NCBI GenBank assembly: GCA_963677745.1
Contig: OY782391.1
Coordinates: 1,248,001 to 1,312,000, forward strand
DNA length: 64,000 bases
From: Candidatus Altimarinota bacterium
GTDB taxonomy: Bacteria > Patescibacteriota > Gracilibacteria > UBA1369
Direction: 5' to 3'
Each line of letters starts with the position of its first letter. Position 1 is the stretch's first letter. Positions 11,501-19,907 of the stretch are shown here, one piece after another. The notes under the pieces are model-generated. The model did not search any database. It was not told the origin of the DNA and saw only the letters and a list, made by a program, of their open reading frames with translations. Position numbers and translations under genes: made by a program.

Positions 11501-12864
11501 GCTTCAATAGTTATGAGCCCGCCAGAATTTCGGGTACCGCCTGCAGTACGGTAATCGACCCGGTTCAGGGGTCAATTGGAGGTGGCACAGCAGTAACCAT
11601 AACCGGTGATAACTTCTACGATGGGGCTTCGGTAACATTTGACGGTCTTCCTGCTACTGATGTCACAGTCGTGGACATGGGAACAATTACGGCCACGTCT
11701 CCTGCGCATGCTGCCGGGGTGGTCAGCTTTTCGGTCACCAATCTGGACGGTCAGTCGGAAACATATGCCAACGGCTTCGAGTACAGCGGCGTGACGCCCA
11801 CGGTGACTGATGTATCACCGGCAAGTGGGCCGGCCTCCGGAGGAACAATGGTTTTAATTACAGGAACTGGATTTACAGGGGCCACTAGTGCATCGTTCGG
11901 AGGCTCGACTTGCAATGCGTTTAGTGTAATGGATGATACCTCAATTGAATGCGAAACTTCCGCTCATCATCCAGGTGCTATCATAGTCTCTGTAACAGGT
12001 CCTAATGGTACCGGAATGGGGCCGGGGCTATTTACTTACAATGCGGGAGGTCCCGCGCCGACTGGTGTGACTGCGACCCCCGGCAATGAACAGATTACTT
12101 TGAACTGGGATAACATGCCTGATGCCACGGGGTATAACATCTATAGGGTTATGGGCGGGGAACTGCCTTTATTTGTTCTCGAAGATACAGGAGGACCAAT
12201 TGTTATCAACAGCTATACTGTCACCGATCTGCCTAACAACATGGAAAGAAGATATGTGGTTACAGCGATTTATGCAGGAGGTGAAAGCGACTACAGCGAT
12301 CCGCCGGTTAGGGCAACGCCCACTGCCGGAGGAGGTTGTGTGGCCGGCCTCGGAGAGACCTGCGGAGAGATCACCATCGGATGTAATCTCGGCGGGACAA
12401 TCTCCATCAGCAATATTACGCCGGAGGCCACTTTTGAACCCCGCTCTACCAACTTCTATCAGGATCCCACTAACGCCCCCCTGGAGAGTGTTATCCAGGT
12501 GGACATAACTGATACACGCGGTTATGGAAGTTGTGGCGATGCCTCAACATTATCAATACAGAGCAGCGGCTTGGCTCTGGGAGCTTCCACACTGGGACTC
12601 AACCTTGGTACTGCTTTGACGCAGGGAAGTATCACCTGTCCGGACGACAATTGTGTACCTGATTCAGCCCATCTGTCAGATGTAGCCACAACTCCTGGAG
12701 CAACCGGCAGCATCGCCACCGGTGCTGACGTATTAAACCTTTCAGAGGGCTTTGACGGTACAATCAGACTGCAAATCAGCGGTGATAACCTGGAAGTGGT
12801 AAAACCGCTGGAGCCGATCAGCAAAGGTGATTATGTCGGAGATATCACTTTCACGCTAATCTAA
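8560..12864 (+). CDS. large secreted surface protein 2 (propeller-like repeats, RCC1/BLIP-II repeats, IPT/TIG, FN3, WxL-like cassette)
   Basis: 1434 aa; about 7 RCC1 repeats (ALKSDGTVWAWGxNxxGQLGDGT); IPT and FN3 motifs; signal peptide ending SLA. Confidence 0.9.
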   Translation: MKTKKIFSKRFLHKYFDHIRKMEMRDLLIALAVTVMLVSISLAAGQGQWPNTSSPSAVQLMNGGWESRGVRTSDGNYIIGMIANNVGLQKLNSAGSKLWNGGDPIDIPDSYAVNEIVADSSGGAFVLYEGTSIGSSNKYIRHVDGSGNELWTVGPFDSTEDSENSPRILNDGNGGLYLAWYRSDMSGYITHLGADGDVCDVATCGYSWNPGGPGTYREKAFPTTGSVSPEPKLILSDSGSVIVSYMVDAGIDVTKFNADSSFAWSLPASYQSIIDQNYLMMAESDGNNGINIAYWNNEGENTNLMMSRVLSTGAFSFAPNSLTIKTIDNTALYTGSMASSSDSSGNMYLAWQQADVATDETDTYVQKINASGVEQWTSGGVLMGTLGDGISDYIENSYLYNLPHTIVADGTGGAIVAMNRNQNMVGGMVVGQRVLNNGNLDWGIGYSLTNNPFVDSDDMPDIISNGSGGALFSWHQWTNSGEFVSAQLVQSAALGLNVTEVLDSSVPTRGGQIVNIKGSGFISGATVDIGGSAATDIIVLADNVLLATVPGHAMGLADVSVTIPGPSSYILNNGVNYINPTPALNYCSGGFSKIDYDSGHGIALAMDGSVWTWGSNINGQLGDGTTTDRQAPVKISGLTDVIDVKVNYNTSYVLKSDGTVWAWGKNTSGEIGDGTYTDRHAPVQITSLSNMTQIEPIGNWVVALKGDGTVWSWGYNGYGQLGNDSMAENSNVPVQATGLTGVQKVFGEFETAYAIKTNGTVWGWGYNYYGQVGNGTTGFYQRTPVQATGITTATDLHAGLYHVVVKLSDNTLMAWGKNDEGAVGDGTTTNRTTPVPVNGLTDIVKVEAATSSHNLALKSDGTIWAWGRNEAGTIGDGTNIQRNSPVQITTLTNVSDIFSYEHTAFAIKNDGTAWGWGSNGTAMLGDGTYTDSNVPIQIHNLSNVTYLHGDFYNMVALEEDNSAYGWGDTFDPWLGAGNNYGFNSYEPARISGTACSTVIDPVQGSIGGGTAVTITGDNFYDGASVTFDGLPATDVTVVDMGTITATSPAHAAGVVSFSVTNLDGQSETYANGFEYSGVTPTVTDVSPASGPASGGTMVLITGTGFTGATSASFGGSTCNAFSVMDDTSIECETSAHHPGAIIVSVTGPNGTGMGPGLFTYNAGGPAPTGVTATPGNEQITLNWDNMPDATGYNIYRVMGGELPLFVLEDTGGPIVINSYTVTDLPNNMERRYVVTAIYAGGESDYSDPPVRATPTAGGGCVAGLGETCGEITIGCNLGGTISISNITPEATFEPRSTNFYQDPTNAPLESVIQVDITDTRGYGSCGDASTLSIQSSGLALGASTLGLNLGTALTQGSITCPDDNCVPDSAHLSDVATTPGATGSIATGADVLNLSEGFDGTIRLQISGDNLEVVKPLEPISKGDYVGDITFTLI
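12337..12864 (+). repeat. 528-bp constant C-terminal cassette, copy 2
   Basis: See copy 1; its 3' UTR and terminator are also shared with copy 4. Confidence 0.95.
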
Positions 12865-12887
12865 TCTGGAAAGTAATTAGAGATATC

Positions 12888-12919
12888 AAAACAGCCCCGC
12901 CGTACGGCGGGGCTGTTTT
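12888..12919 (+). terminator. intrinsic terminator (duplicated at 21953)
   Basis: AAAACAGCCCCGCC-GTAC-GGCGGGGCTGTTTT. Confidence 0.9.
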
Positions 12920-13042
12920 CTAATCTAAAAATTCTATCCGTAATATTCGGCAACCAGACTTGAACCCTTGTCAAATACTCCAACGGTTTCCGTTGTTTTT
13001 TGCTCTTCTGCCGTAAAGTAAACAGTTGGCAGAGGGAGGGGA

Positions 13043-13076
13043 AATATGTTAAAATATAAAGATATTATCTAAAATT
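13043..13076 (+). promoter_or_regulatory. conserved promoter element, copy 2
   Basis: AATATGTTAAAATATAAAGATATTATCTAAAATT. Confidence 0.7.
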
Positions 13077-13094
13077 GATAAATAAAAAAACACA

Positions 13095-16000
13095 ATGCTA
13101 CAGCCAAAAATCATCCACACAGCGAAAAAGCTTCACTGCCATATTAAAACACATGGTTTCAAATACCTGGCCGGTTTGGCTGTTTTTTCTATACTGACCA
13201 CGGCCTTTGTCTATCGTCCATCCCAGACTCCAACTGCCAAAGCCGCGGCCAGCTATCTATGGAATACAATGTTGAATCCCGAAAACGCAACATATGAAGA
13301 TAGTGCAAAAGTGGTTCGAACATCATCTGGAAATTATTTTGTAGCCTGGGAAGAATCAGTGGCCTATGATTCAACAGACGACATAAAAATGGCCAAAATC
13401 GATGTCGATGGCAATCTAATCGGATCAATTATAACCGTAACGAACAGCGCTGCTAATGACGAAAATCGCGTGCAATTGGCTCCCGATAATTCAGATGGTG
13501 TTCAAATAGTGTTTACTACAGAGGCAGATGTTTATGCAGCTCATTACAATTCCAGTGGTAGTCTGACTTGCAGCAATGCAATATACCGGGGAAACGTGAA
13601 TCCTGGCGGTGGTGGAAACAAGGAACAAGTGGCAATGGAGACAATTCCCCAATTGCTGCACGATGGAAATGGTGGAATGTATTTTAGCTGGATTTTATAT
13701 GATGGTAACTGGCGGACCTATGTCACACACCTCGGTTCGGATTGCAATATGGACAGTGCCTGGAATCCCACGGTTACCAACTATGGTCCGTTCAAAGTTA
13801 TTGAAGCGTTAAACGTCGATGGCAGTAGCTTTAAAATGACTAGTGGCGGCAATAATGCCATGATCTGGACCGGTGATGATAGTGCATCAAATTATCTTAT
13901 TACTAACAAAATAGATAATACCGGTGCCTATGTGACCGGCTGGACAGGTACAAAATATGTATATACAGGATCAAGTACTTCTTCCGCTCACACAATTGCG
14001 TCGGATGGCAGTGGGGGATTGGTTGTGGCACACCAGGATTCAGCCGCCCTAATGGTGCATTTAACACACCTTAATTCCGATGGAACGGCAGATACTAATT
14101 GGGGCGGAACAGGAACGATTGACGTCTTAGACACTCCCTCAAATAGTCTGAATTGGGCCAGAGTAATTAACGATGGTACCAACAACTTCATTGTAACCTG
14201 GACTCGTGGGGAGGCGGGGCCTATCTACCACCAGTATATCCAAAAAGTATCCGGTTCTGATGGCCAATTACTTTGGGGAGCAGGCAGTCCGATAGAGGTT
14301 ATTTCGTCTGATACTAACGCACTGGCATCGGGCTCCACGGATAGTATTGTTCCGGACACTCACGGAGGTGCCTACCTGAGTTATACTACTTTTATGTGGG
14401 GATACAGACGCATACAAAACGTTAAATCTGACGGGTCGCTTGATTTTGGCAATATGGGTTATATGGATGGCCGCATATCAAATGGGTGGGAGCCCACCCT
14501 GGTTGTCGATGGGAGCGGAGGAGTGATAGCCGTTAGAACAGAACAATCTGATGCGCCTGATTTTGACTGGGATATTTTTGCGGAACGAATTGAGTCTGTC
14601 CCACAGATCGATTATGTCTCTCCAAACTATTCCTATATTGACGCTAACAATGTTATTATTACAATTTCGGGCAGCAGTCTGGCCGACATGACTACTGCCA
14701 CAGTCGGCGGTGAGCCCTGTACTCTTATTACCAAATCATCTTTTTCGTATGAATGCGAAGTAGCCACTATGTCCCATACGGCAGGATTGGTTGATGTATA
14801 TTTGGAAGGTCCTTCTGGCAACACTGGCTCCTCGGGAAATAATCTTTTTCAAATATATGGCCCACCAACTGTTACGGGTATGTCTCCCAACCATGGCAGT
14901 CCTGTTGGGGGGACCGAAATTACCATCAATGGTGACGGTTTTGGACCCGAGACCACAGTTTCATTCGGCCCAACCCTGGCCAATATTAGTACCTCATCGA
15001 GTGACAGAATTAATTTAACCTCCCCTGAAGGTACCCCAGGAGTTGTTGCAGTAACCTTAACCAATCCTGGAAATCAGACTGTTTCAGCAGGGGACTTTAC
15101 CTACGACGCATATCCCAGAGAAGGAGCATGGTCTGTCAATAATATATTGAAGGATGGTTATCCTGATATAACACAACTGTCCAAACAAAATCCATATATT
15201 ATCAAAGCCTCTGACGGTAATTATATTGCTGCCTGGACGCGTTACGGATCTGATATGGACCAGGACATTATTGTACAAAAGATTGATCAGACGGATGGTC
15301 ATTCCATCTGGCCTGACGATGGCGGGGGGAATGGCGGTATGCAAATAACCGACCTGGATGCCACAACCTACAGCCAGAATATTCAAACATATTCACATCC
15401 CAACCTGATAGCGGATAACAGTGGCGGTGCGTATTTTATCTTCAGGGAAGATCACTCATCTGTCGGCGGCGGACTAGATTTGATGATTCAACATGTCAGG
15501 GCTGACCATTCGTTACAATATGGACCTAATCCGCTTAATCTGACCAACAATTTGTCCGGTGTTGAAAATGACACCTACAATATCATCAGTGATGGCGCAG
15601 GCGGAGTATATGTCGGTGGATCAAACATTGATTGGAATACCGAGGAAAGACACGTTTTTGCCATGCGAGTTGCCTCTGATGAAACAGTCACTCCTATGCA
15701 GCCCAGTGGAGGAAATTTCCCTATTGGATCGCAAAGTCCGGCATTAGCGCTGGATAGTAGCCAGAACCTCTATGTAGTCTATAAAGTAATACAACCAGGC
15801 ACATCCACACACACCATCGAAGCACAAAGGTTTGCTCCCGACGGCACCAAACCGGGCGTCGGGCTGGATTGGCATGACACATTTAACATGCCATTGGTGG
15901 CCGGTGAAGAAATATATTCTCATGAAATAGCGGTTGATAGCAGCAATAATATTATTGTGATTTATAGCTCTTATGTAGATCCGGTTTCCAGGGTTGCGGC

Positions 16001-19000
16001 CCAAAAGATTAGCAGCGATGGCAGTTCCAGCTCCTGGTTTACTCCAGGCGTCGGAGGAACAGCGCTGGTTGCCTCAACAACAAATCCGGGGAGCCTGCAA
16101 ATCGTGCCCGATGGAGCGGATGGTGCCATAGCTGCCTGGAATGAAGGTAATAATGGAATAATCTATGCCCAGAAAATCAACACCGGCGGAGTGACGCAAT
16201 GGGGCGCTGATGCTCTTCAGGTTTCCAGCGGAACAAGGTGGGATTCTTTGTCAATAGTGAATTCAATTACTTCGGATGGAGCTGGAGGAGTTATATTGGC
16301 ATACTCGAGCGACCAGATCACGTTGCAGAAAATAGATAGCTCAGGTGCTCTACAATGGCCCGAAGCTGCGCCAGGTACCAGTGGTTATACAAGTTTCAGT
16401 GAATATACCAATAACATGGATCAGAATCCGGCCCTTGTAGGTGATGATCTCGGGGGGGCGGTAGTAGTCTGGATGGGTAGAACTATGATCGGCTGGGACA
16501 GCTACGACAATGTCTATGCCCAACATTATCAAATAGACAATACTCCGGTGCCGCTCAGCGTAGACCCGGCTTTGGGAAGTCCGGCAGGGGGTACCAATAT
16601 CACCATCAGCGGTATTCATTTTATCGATGGTGGCACTACGGTAACCGTTGGTGGATTAGCCTGCCAAAACATCGTAGTTAATTCCCCGCGTGAATTAACC
16701 TGTGACACCCAGGCACATGAAGCTGGAACTGTTGATGTCTCTGTGACAACCATTAATGGCACATCTACATTGACCGGAGGTTATGAATATGGTGAACCTG
16801 TGATTGTTCCTGAAGGAACGATTGAATTACATATTGCTGACAGCGTCATCGGATCCAATAGTGATACCGGTGCCGGTATTTCCAATGGAGATGACGCAGG
16901 AGGGCTTGCAGATCTTGATTTTACCGGTGCTCCCGCTACCGCTCCAGACACTTTTTCAGGTGCAGAGATATATACATTTAATTCCGGTGTTCCAACCATG
17001 AATCCGACCGCGTTAAATATTGAAAATCTGGACGGATTTGATTTAACTGGAGCTGATAGTATTCACCTTTCCAATGAGGATGACCTGATTAGTACGGTTG
17101 TCCCACTTGGTTTTACAACCAAAATATATGGACGCGATGTTGATTCCGTTGTTGTCGACTCCAACGGTCTTGCCTATCTGAATACCAGTGCCGATATGTC
17201 TGTAAATGATAGCAGTTGTTGCAACGGTTACAGCATGTCAAATTACACCGGAGTCGATTGGCCTGCCTCTGTCGACGGGTCTGCAACAGGAGACATAATG
17301 ATTGCGGCGAAATGGACTGATCTCCTGCCGCAAGCAAATCCAGGATCTGCAATTACCTATTCTACAGACGGAGTGGCACCAAACCGCCGTTTTGTAATTA
17401 CCTTTGCGGATGTTCCGTATCTTGATCCGGACACGACTCAAAATACATTTCAGATAAAAATTCTCGAGTCGGGGCCTGGGAGCGGCGTTACTGTTACCAA
17501 CGTTTTACCTGCCTCCGGCACTGACGCAGGAGGAACCCCCGTTTTGATTACAGGAACAGGTTTCACGGGAGCAACTGCCGTCTACTTTAAAACTGGGGTA
17601 GATCCCGAACCGGGAACGGCCTGTATAAATTTACTTGTTATAAACGACACACAAATCGAATGCGAAACCGGAGCGCATGGAGCTGCTTTGGTCAACGTCA
17701 AAGTCGTCACGCCGGGCGGAGAAGGAATCGGAAACGGCTTATACACATATACTGGAGCGGCCGGTGGCGTCCCTACAGACCTCTGGGGATCAATCAAACA
17801 GGTGGAGGGCAACGGAACCAATCAATATTTTGCTCCATTTATCTCAAAAACTAACGATAATAATTACATTATTGCTTATGCGGATTCTACTCTTGGTACG
17901 GGAAACGGGGAAATAGTTGCCGAAAAAATCAATGCCACCACTGGTGCAGATATGTGGGCCAGTCCGGTACAGGTTTCCACTAATGCCAGTATGGACATGA
18001 GCAAAACCATCCAAATGATTCCCAATGCCAGCGGAGGAGTTTTCATGGCGTGGCAAAATGTCAATGGGGACATATTGTTGCAGAGTATTGATGGCTCCGA
18101 CGGGGCATTATTATGGGATGCTGTAAACATTTCAGAATCTTTTAATGCTGACAGCAAACCGGTGATGGTTTCCGATAATGCCGGAGGAGTCTATCTGGCC
18201 TTTGTAAGACACTTCCCGGAAGGACGCTGGGGAATCGATAAAACAGAAGTCACTCGCGTCAATGCAGAAGGAACCGTCCACTCAGACTGGAATACTGGCG
18301 GCATCGGCAATTACCGTCTCTTTCTGGTTGATCATGGTATTGGTTCTTTGCGAACTATTAAGACTAACTCAGACAATGACCTTTTTGTTCTGACAGCCCA
18401 GGGGTCCATTGCCTACGTTGACAAACTAGTATCCACCGGACAGACAGACCCCGATTTCCCTTCGGTCAGCACTAGCTTAATGGGAGATTCAGATGGCGAA
18501 ATATCAGATATCATTGTAAATACCTCGGGAGGAGTAACCCTCTTTTATGAATCTCAAATGTTTATTGGATGGCCAACCTATCATGTTTCGGCAATCAGCT
18601 ACAATGATACCGGTAACATCAATTGGGCTCATTATTCTGTTACGGCAAACAGTTATGACAATCGGGCGGAAGATGATATTGCAGATCTTCATGTACTGGA
18701 CATGGGAGCACAACAATTGATTGCCTATGAATTCAGTAATGACAATAAAATATATGCCCAGAAAATAGATGCCACCACCGGGGAACCGATTTGGGCTGCT
18801 CCTGTTTCGGTTACCGATTCCACTGATGATTCCAATGCCAGTTTCTATTCTTTATGGGGCAATGTAAAACTGGATGCAATGATCAAGGACACCGGTTCTG
18901 GTGCATTCTTCGTCTATACTTCACAGGGGGCAGACTTCTTCTATCGCGTTCATTTGCAGCATATAGATACTAACGGATTAAAGATATTTGGCTCGAATGG

Positions 19001-19700
19001 CTATGAGTTGGAATCTCTTCCTGGCCATAGCGATGACAATGCCCCTGCCATTGCAGGCAACAGTCTAAACGCGGGCGTCATAGCCTGGATGGGATATGAC
19101 AGTGATCTTAGTAATGCAACCTCAATCTATACCTTTGGTTTTGATTCCACACAAAGTGGAGGCGGCGGAGTATGTGGCGCCGGACCCGGAGAGACCTGTG
19201 GTGAAATCATAATTGGCTGTAACCTGGCAGGAACAATTTCCATCAGCAATATTACGCCGGAGGCCACTTTTGAACCCCGCTATACCAACTTCTATCAGGA
19301 TGCTACCAACGCACCACTGGAAAGTAACATCCAGGTGGATATAACTGACACACGGGGTTATGGAAGCTGTGGCAATCCCTCAACATTATCAATACAAAGC
19401 AGCGGCTTGGCTCTGGGAGCTTCCACACTGGGACTGAGTCTTGGCACTGCCTTGACGCAGGGAAATATCACCTGTCCGGACGACAACTGTGTACCAGATT
19501 CCGCCCATCTATCAGATGTAGCCACAACTCCTGGAGCAACCGGCAGCATCGCCACCGGTGCTGACGTATTAAACCTTTCAGAGGGCTTTGACGGTACAAT
19601 CAGACTGCAAATCAGCGGTGATAACCTGGAGGTGGTAAAACCGCTGGAGCCGATCAGCAAAGGTGATTATGTCGGAGATATCACTTTCACGCTGATTTAA
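13095..19700 (+). CDS. large secreted surface protein 3 (three propeller-like blocks, IPT/TIG domains, nidogen/NIDO-like domain, WxL-like cassette)
   Basis: 2201 aa; signal ending AKA; repeated DGxGG units; IPT motifs; NIDO-like PLGFTTKIYG...VDSNG...IAAKWTDL...PNRRFVITF...NTFQIKI. Confidence 0.85.
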   Translation: MLQPKIIHTAKKLHCHIKTHGFKYLAGLAVFSILTTAFVYRPSQTPTAKAAASYLWNTMLNPENATYEDSAKVVRTSSGNYFVAWEESVAYDSTDDIKMAKIDVDGNLIGSIITVTNSAANDENRVQLAPDNSDGVQIVFTTEADVYAAHYNSSGSLTCSNAIYRGNVNPGGGGNKEQVAMETIPQLLHDGNGGMYFSWILYDGNWRTYVTHLGSDCNMDSAWNPTVTNYGPFKVIEALNVDGSSFKMTSGGNNAMIWTGDDSASNYLITNKIDNTGAYVTGWTGTKYVYTGSSTSSAHTIASDGSGGLVVAHQDSAALMVHLTHLNSDGTADTNWGGTGTIDVLDTPSNSLNWARVINDGTNNFIVTWTRGEAGPIYHQYIQKVSGSDGQLLWGAGSPIEVISSDTNALASGSTDSIVPDTHGGAYLSYTTFMWGYRRIQNVKSDGSLDFGNMGYMDGRISNGWEPTLVVDGSGGVIAVRTEQSDAPDFDWDIFAERIESVPQIDYVSPNYSYIDANNVIITISGSSLADMTTATVGGEPCTLITKSSFSYECEVATMSHTAGLVDVYLEGPSGNTGSSGNNLFQIYGPPTVTGMSPNHGSPVGGTEITINGDGFGPETTVSFGPTLANISTSSSDRINLTSPEGTPGVVAVTLTNPGNQTVSAGDFTYDAYPREGAWSVNNILKDGYPDITQLSKQNPYIIKASDGNYIAAWTRYGSDMDQDIIVQKIDQTDGHSIWPDDGGGNGGMQITDLDATTYSQNIQTYSHPNLIADNSGGAYFIFREDHSSVGGGLDLMIQHVRADHSLQYGPNPLNLTNNLSGVENDTYNIISDGAGGVYVGGSNIDWNTEERHVFAMRVASDETVTPMQPSGGNFPIGSQSPALALDSSQNLYVVYKVIQPGTSTHTIEAQRFAPDGTKPGVGLDWHDTFNMPLVAGEEIYSHEIAVDSSNNIIVIYSSYVDPVSRVAAQKISSDGSSSSWFTPGVGGTALVASTTNPGSLQIVPDGADGAIAAWNEGNNGIIYAQKINTGGVTQWGADALQVSSGTRWDSLSIVNSITSDGAGGVILAYSSDQITLQKIDSSGALQWPEAAPGTSGYTSFSEYTNNMDQNPALVGDDLGGAVVVWMGRTMIGWDSYDNVYAQHYQIDNTPVPLSVDPALGSPAGGTNITISGIHFIDGGTTVTVGGLACQNIVVNSPRELTCDTQAHEAGTVDVSVTTINGTSTLTGGYEYGEPVIVPEGTIELHIADSVIGSNSDTGAGISNGDDAGGLADLDFTGAPATAPDTFSGAEIYTFNSGVPTMNPTALNIENLDGFDLTGADSIHLSNEDDLISTVVPLGFTTKIYGRDVDSVVVDSNGLAYLNTSADMSVNDSSCCNGYSMSNYTGVDWPASVDGSATGDIMIAAKWTDLLPQANPGSAITYSTDGVAPNRRFVITFADVPYLDPDTTQNTFQIKILESGPGSGVTVTNVLPASGTDAGGTPVLITGTGFTGATAVYFKTGVDPEPGTACINLLVINDTQIECETGAHGAALVNVKVVTPGGEGIGNGLYTYTGAAGGVPTDLWGSIKQVEGNGTNQYFAPFISKTNDNNYIIAYADSTLGTGNGEIVAEKINATTGADMWASPVQVSTNASMDMSKTIQMIPNASGGVFMAWQNVNGDILLQSIDGSDGALLWDAVNISESFNADSKPVMVSDNAGGVYLAFVRHFPEGRWGIDKTEVTRVNAEGTVHSDWNTGGIGNYRLFLVDHGIGSLRTIKTNSDNDLFVLTAQGSIAYVDKLVSTGQTDPDFPSVSTSLMGDSDGEISDIIVNTSGGVTLFYESQMFIGWPTYHVSAISYNDTGNINWAHYSVTANSYDNRAEDDIADLHVLDMGAQQLIAYEFSNDNKIYAQKIDATTGEPIWAAPVSVTDSTDDSNASFYSLWGNVKLDAMIKDTGSGAFFVYTSQGADFFYRVHLQHIDTNGLKIFGSNGYELESLPGHSDDNAPAIAGNSLNAGVIAWMGYDSDLSNATSIYTFGFDSTQSGGGGVCGAGPGETCGEIIIGCNLAGTISISNITPEATFEPRYTNFYQDATNAPLESNIQVDITDTRGYGSCGNPSTLSIQSSGLALGASTLGLSLGTALTQGNITCPDDNCVPDSAHLSDVATTPGATGSIATGADVLNLSEGFDGTIRLQISGDNLEVVKPLEPISKGDYVGDITFTLI
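19173..19700 (+). repeat. 528-bp constant C-terminal cassette, copy 3
   Basis: See copy 1. Confidence 0.95.
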
Positions 19701-19870
19701 TAACAATTAAAATATCGCTTGAGATTAAATTTCCGGGTGCAACACCTTGGCATGTAAACTTGTAAACGAAAAGTTGGTCTAACCCACTTCTTTTGAGATA
19801 TTCGGGTGAAAAATTAATCTGCGTAAATAATAGAAGACCAAAGCATTAAGCGGATAGACGGGAGCTTCAA

Positions 19871-19904
19871 AATGTGTTAAAATAAAAAGAATATTATTAA
19901 AATT
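19871..19904 (+). promoter_or_regulatory. conserved promoter element, copy 3
   Basis: AATGTGTTAAAATAAAAAGAATATTATTAAAATT. Confidence 0.7.
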
Positions 19905-19907
19905 CAA

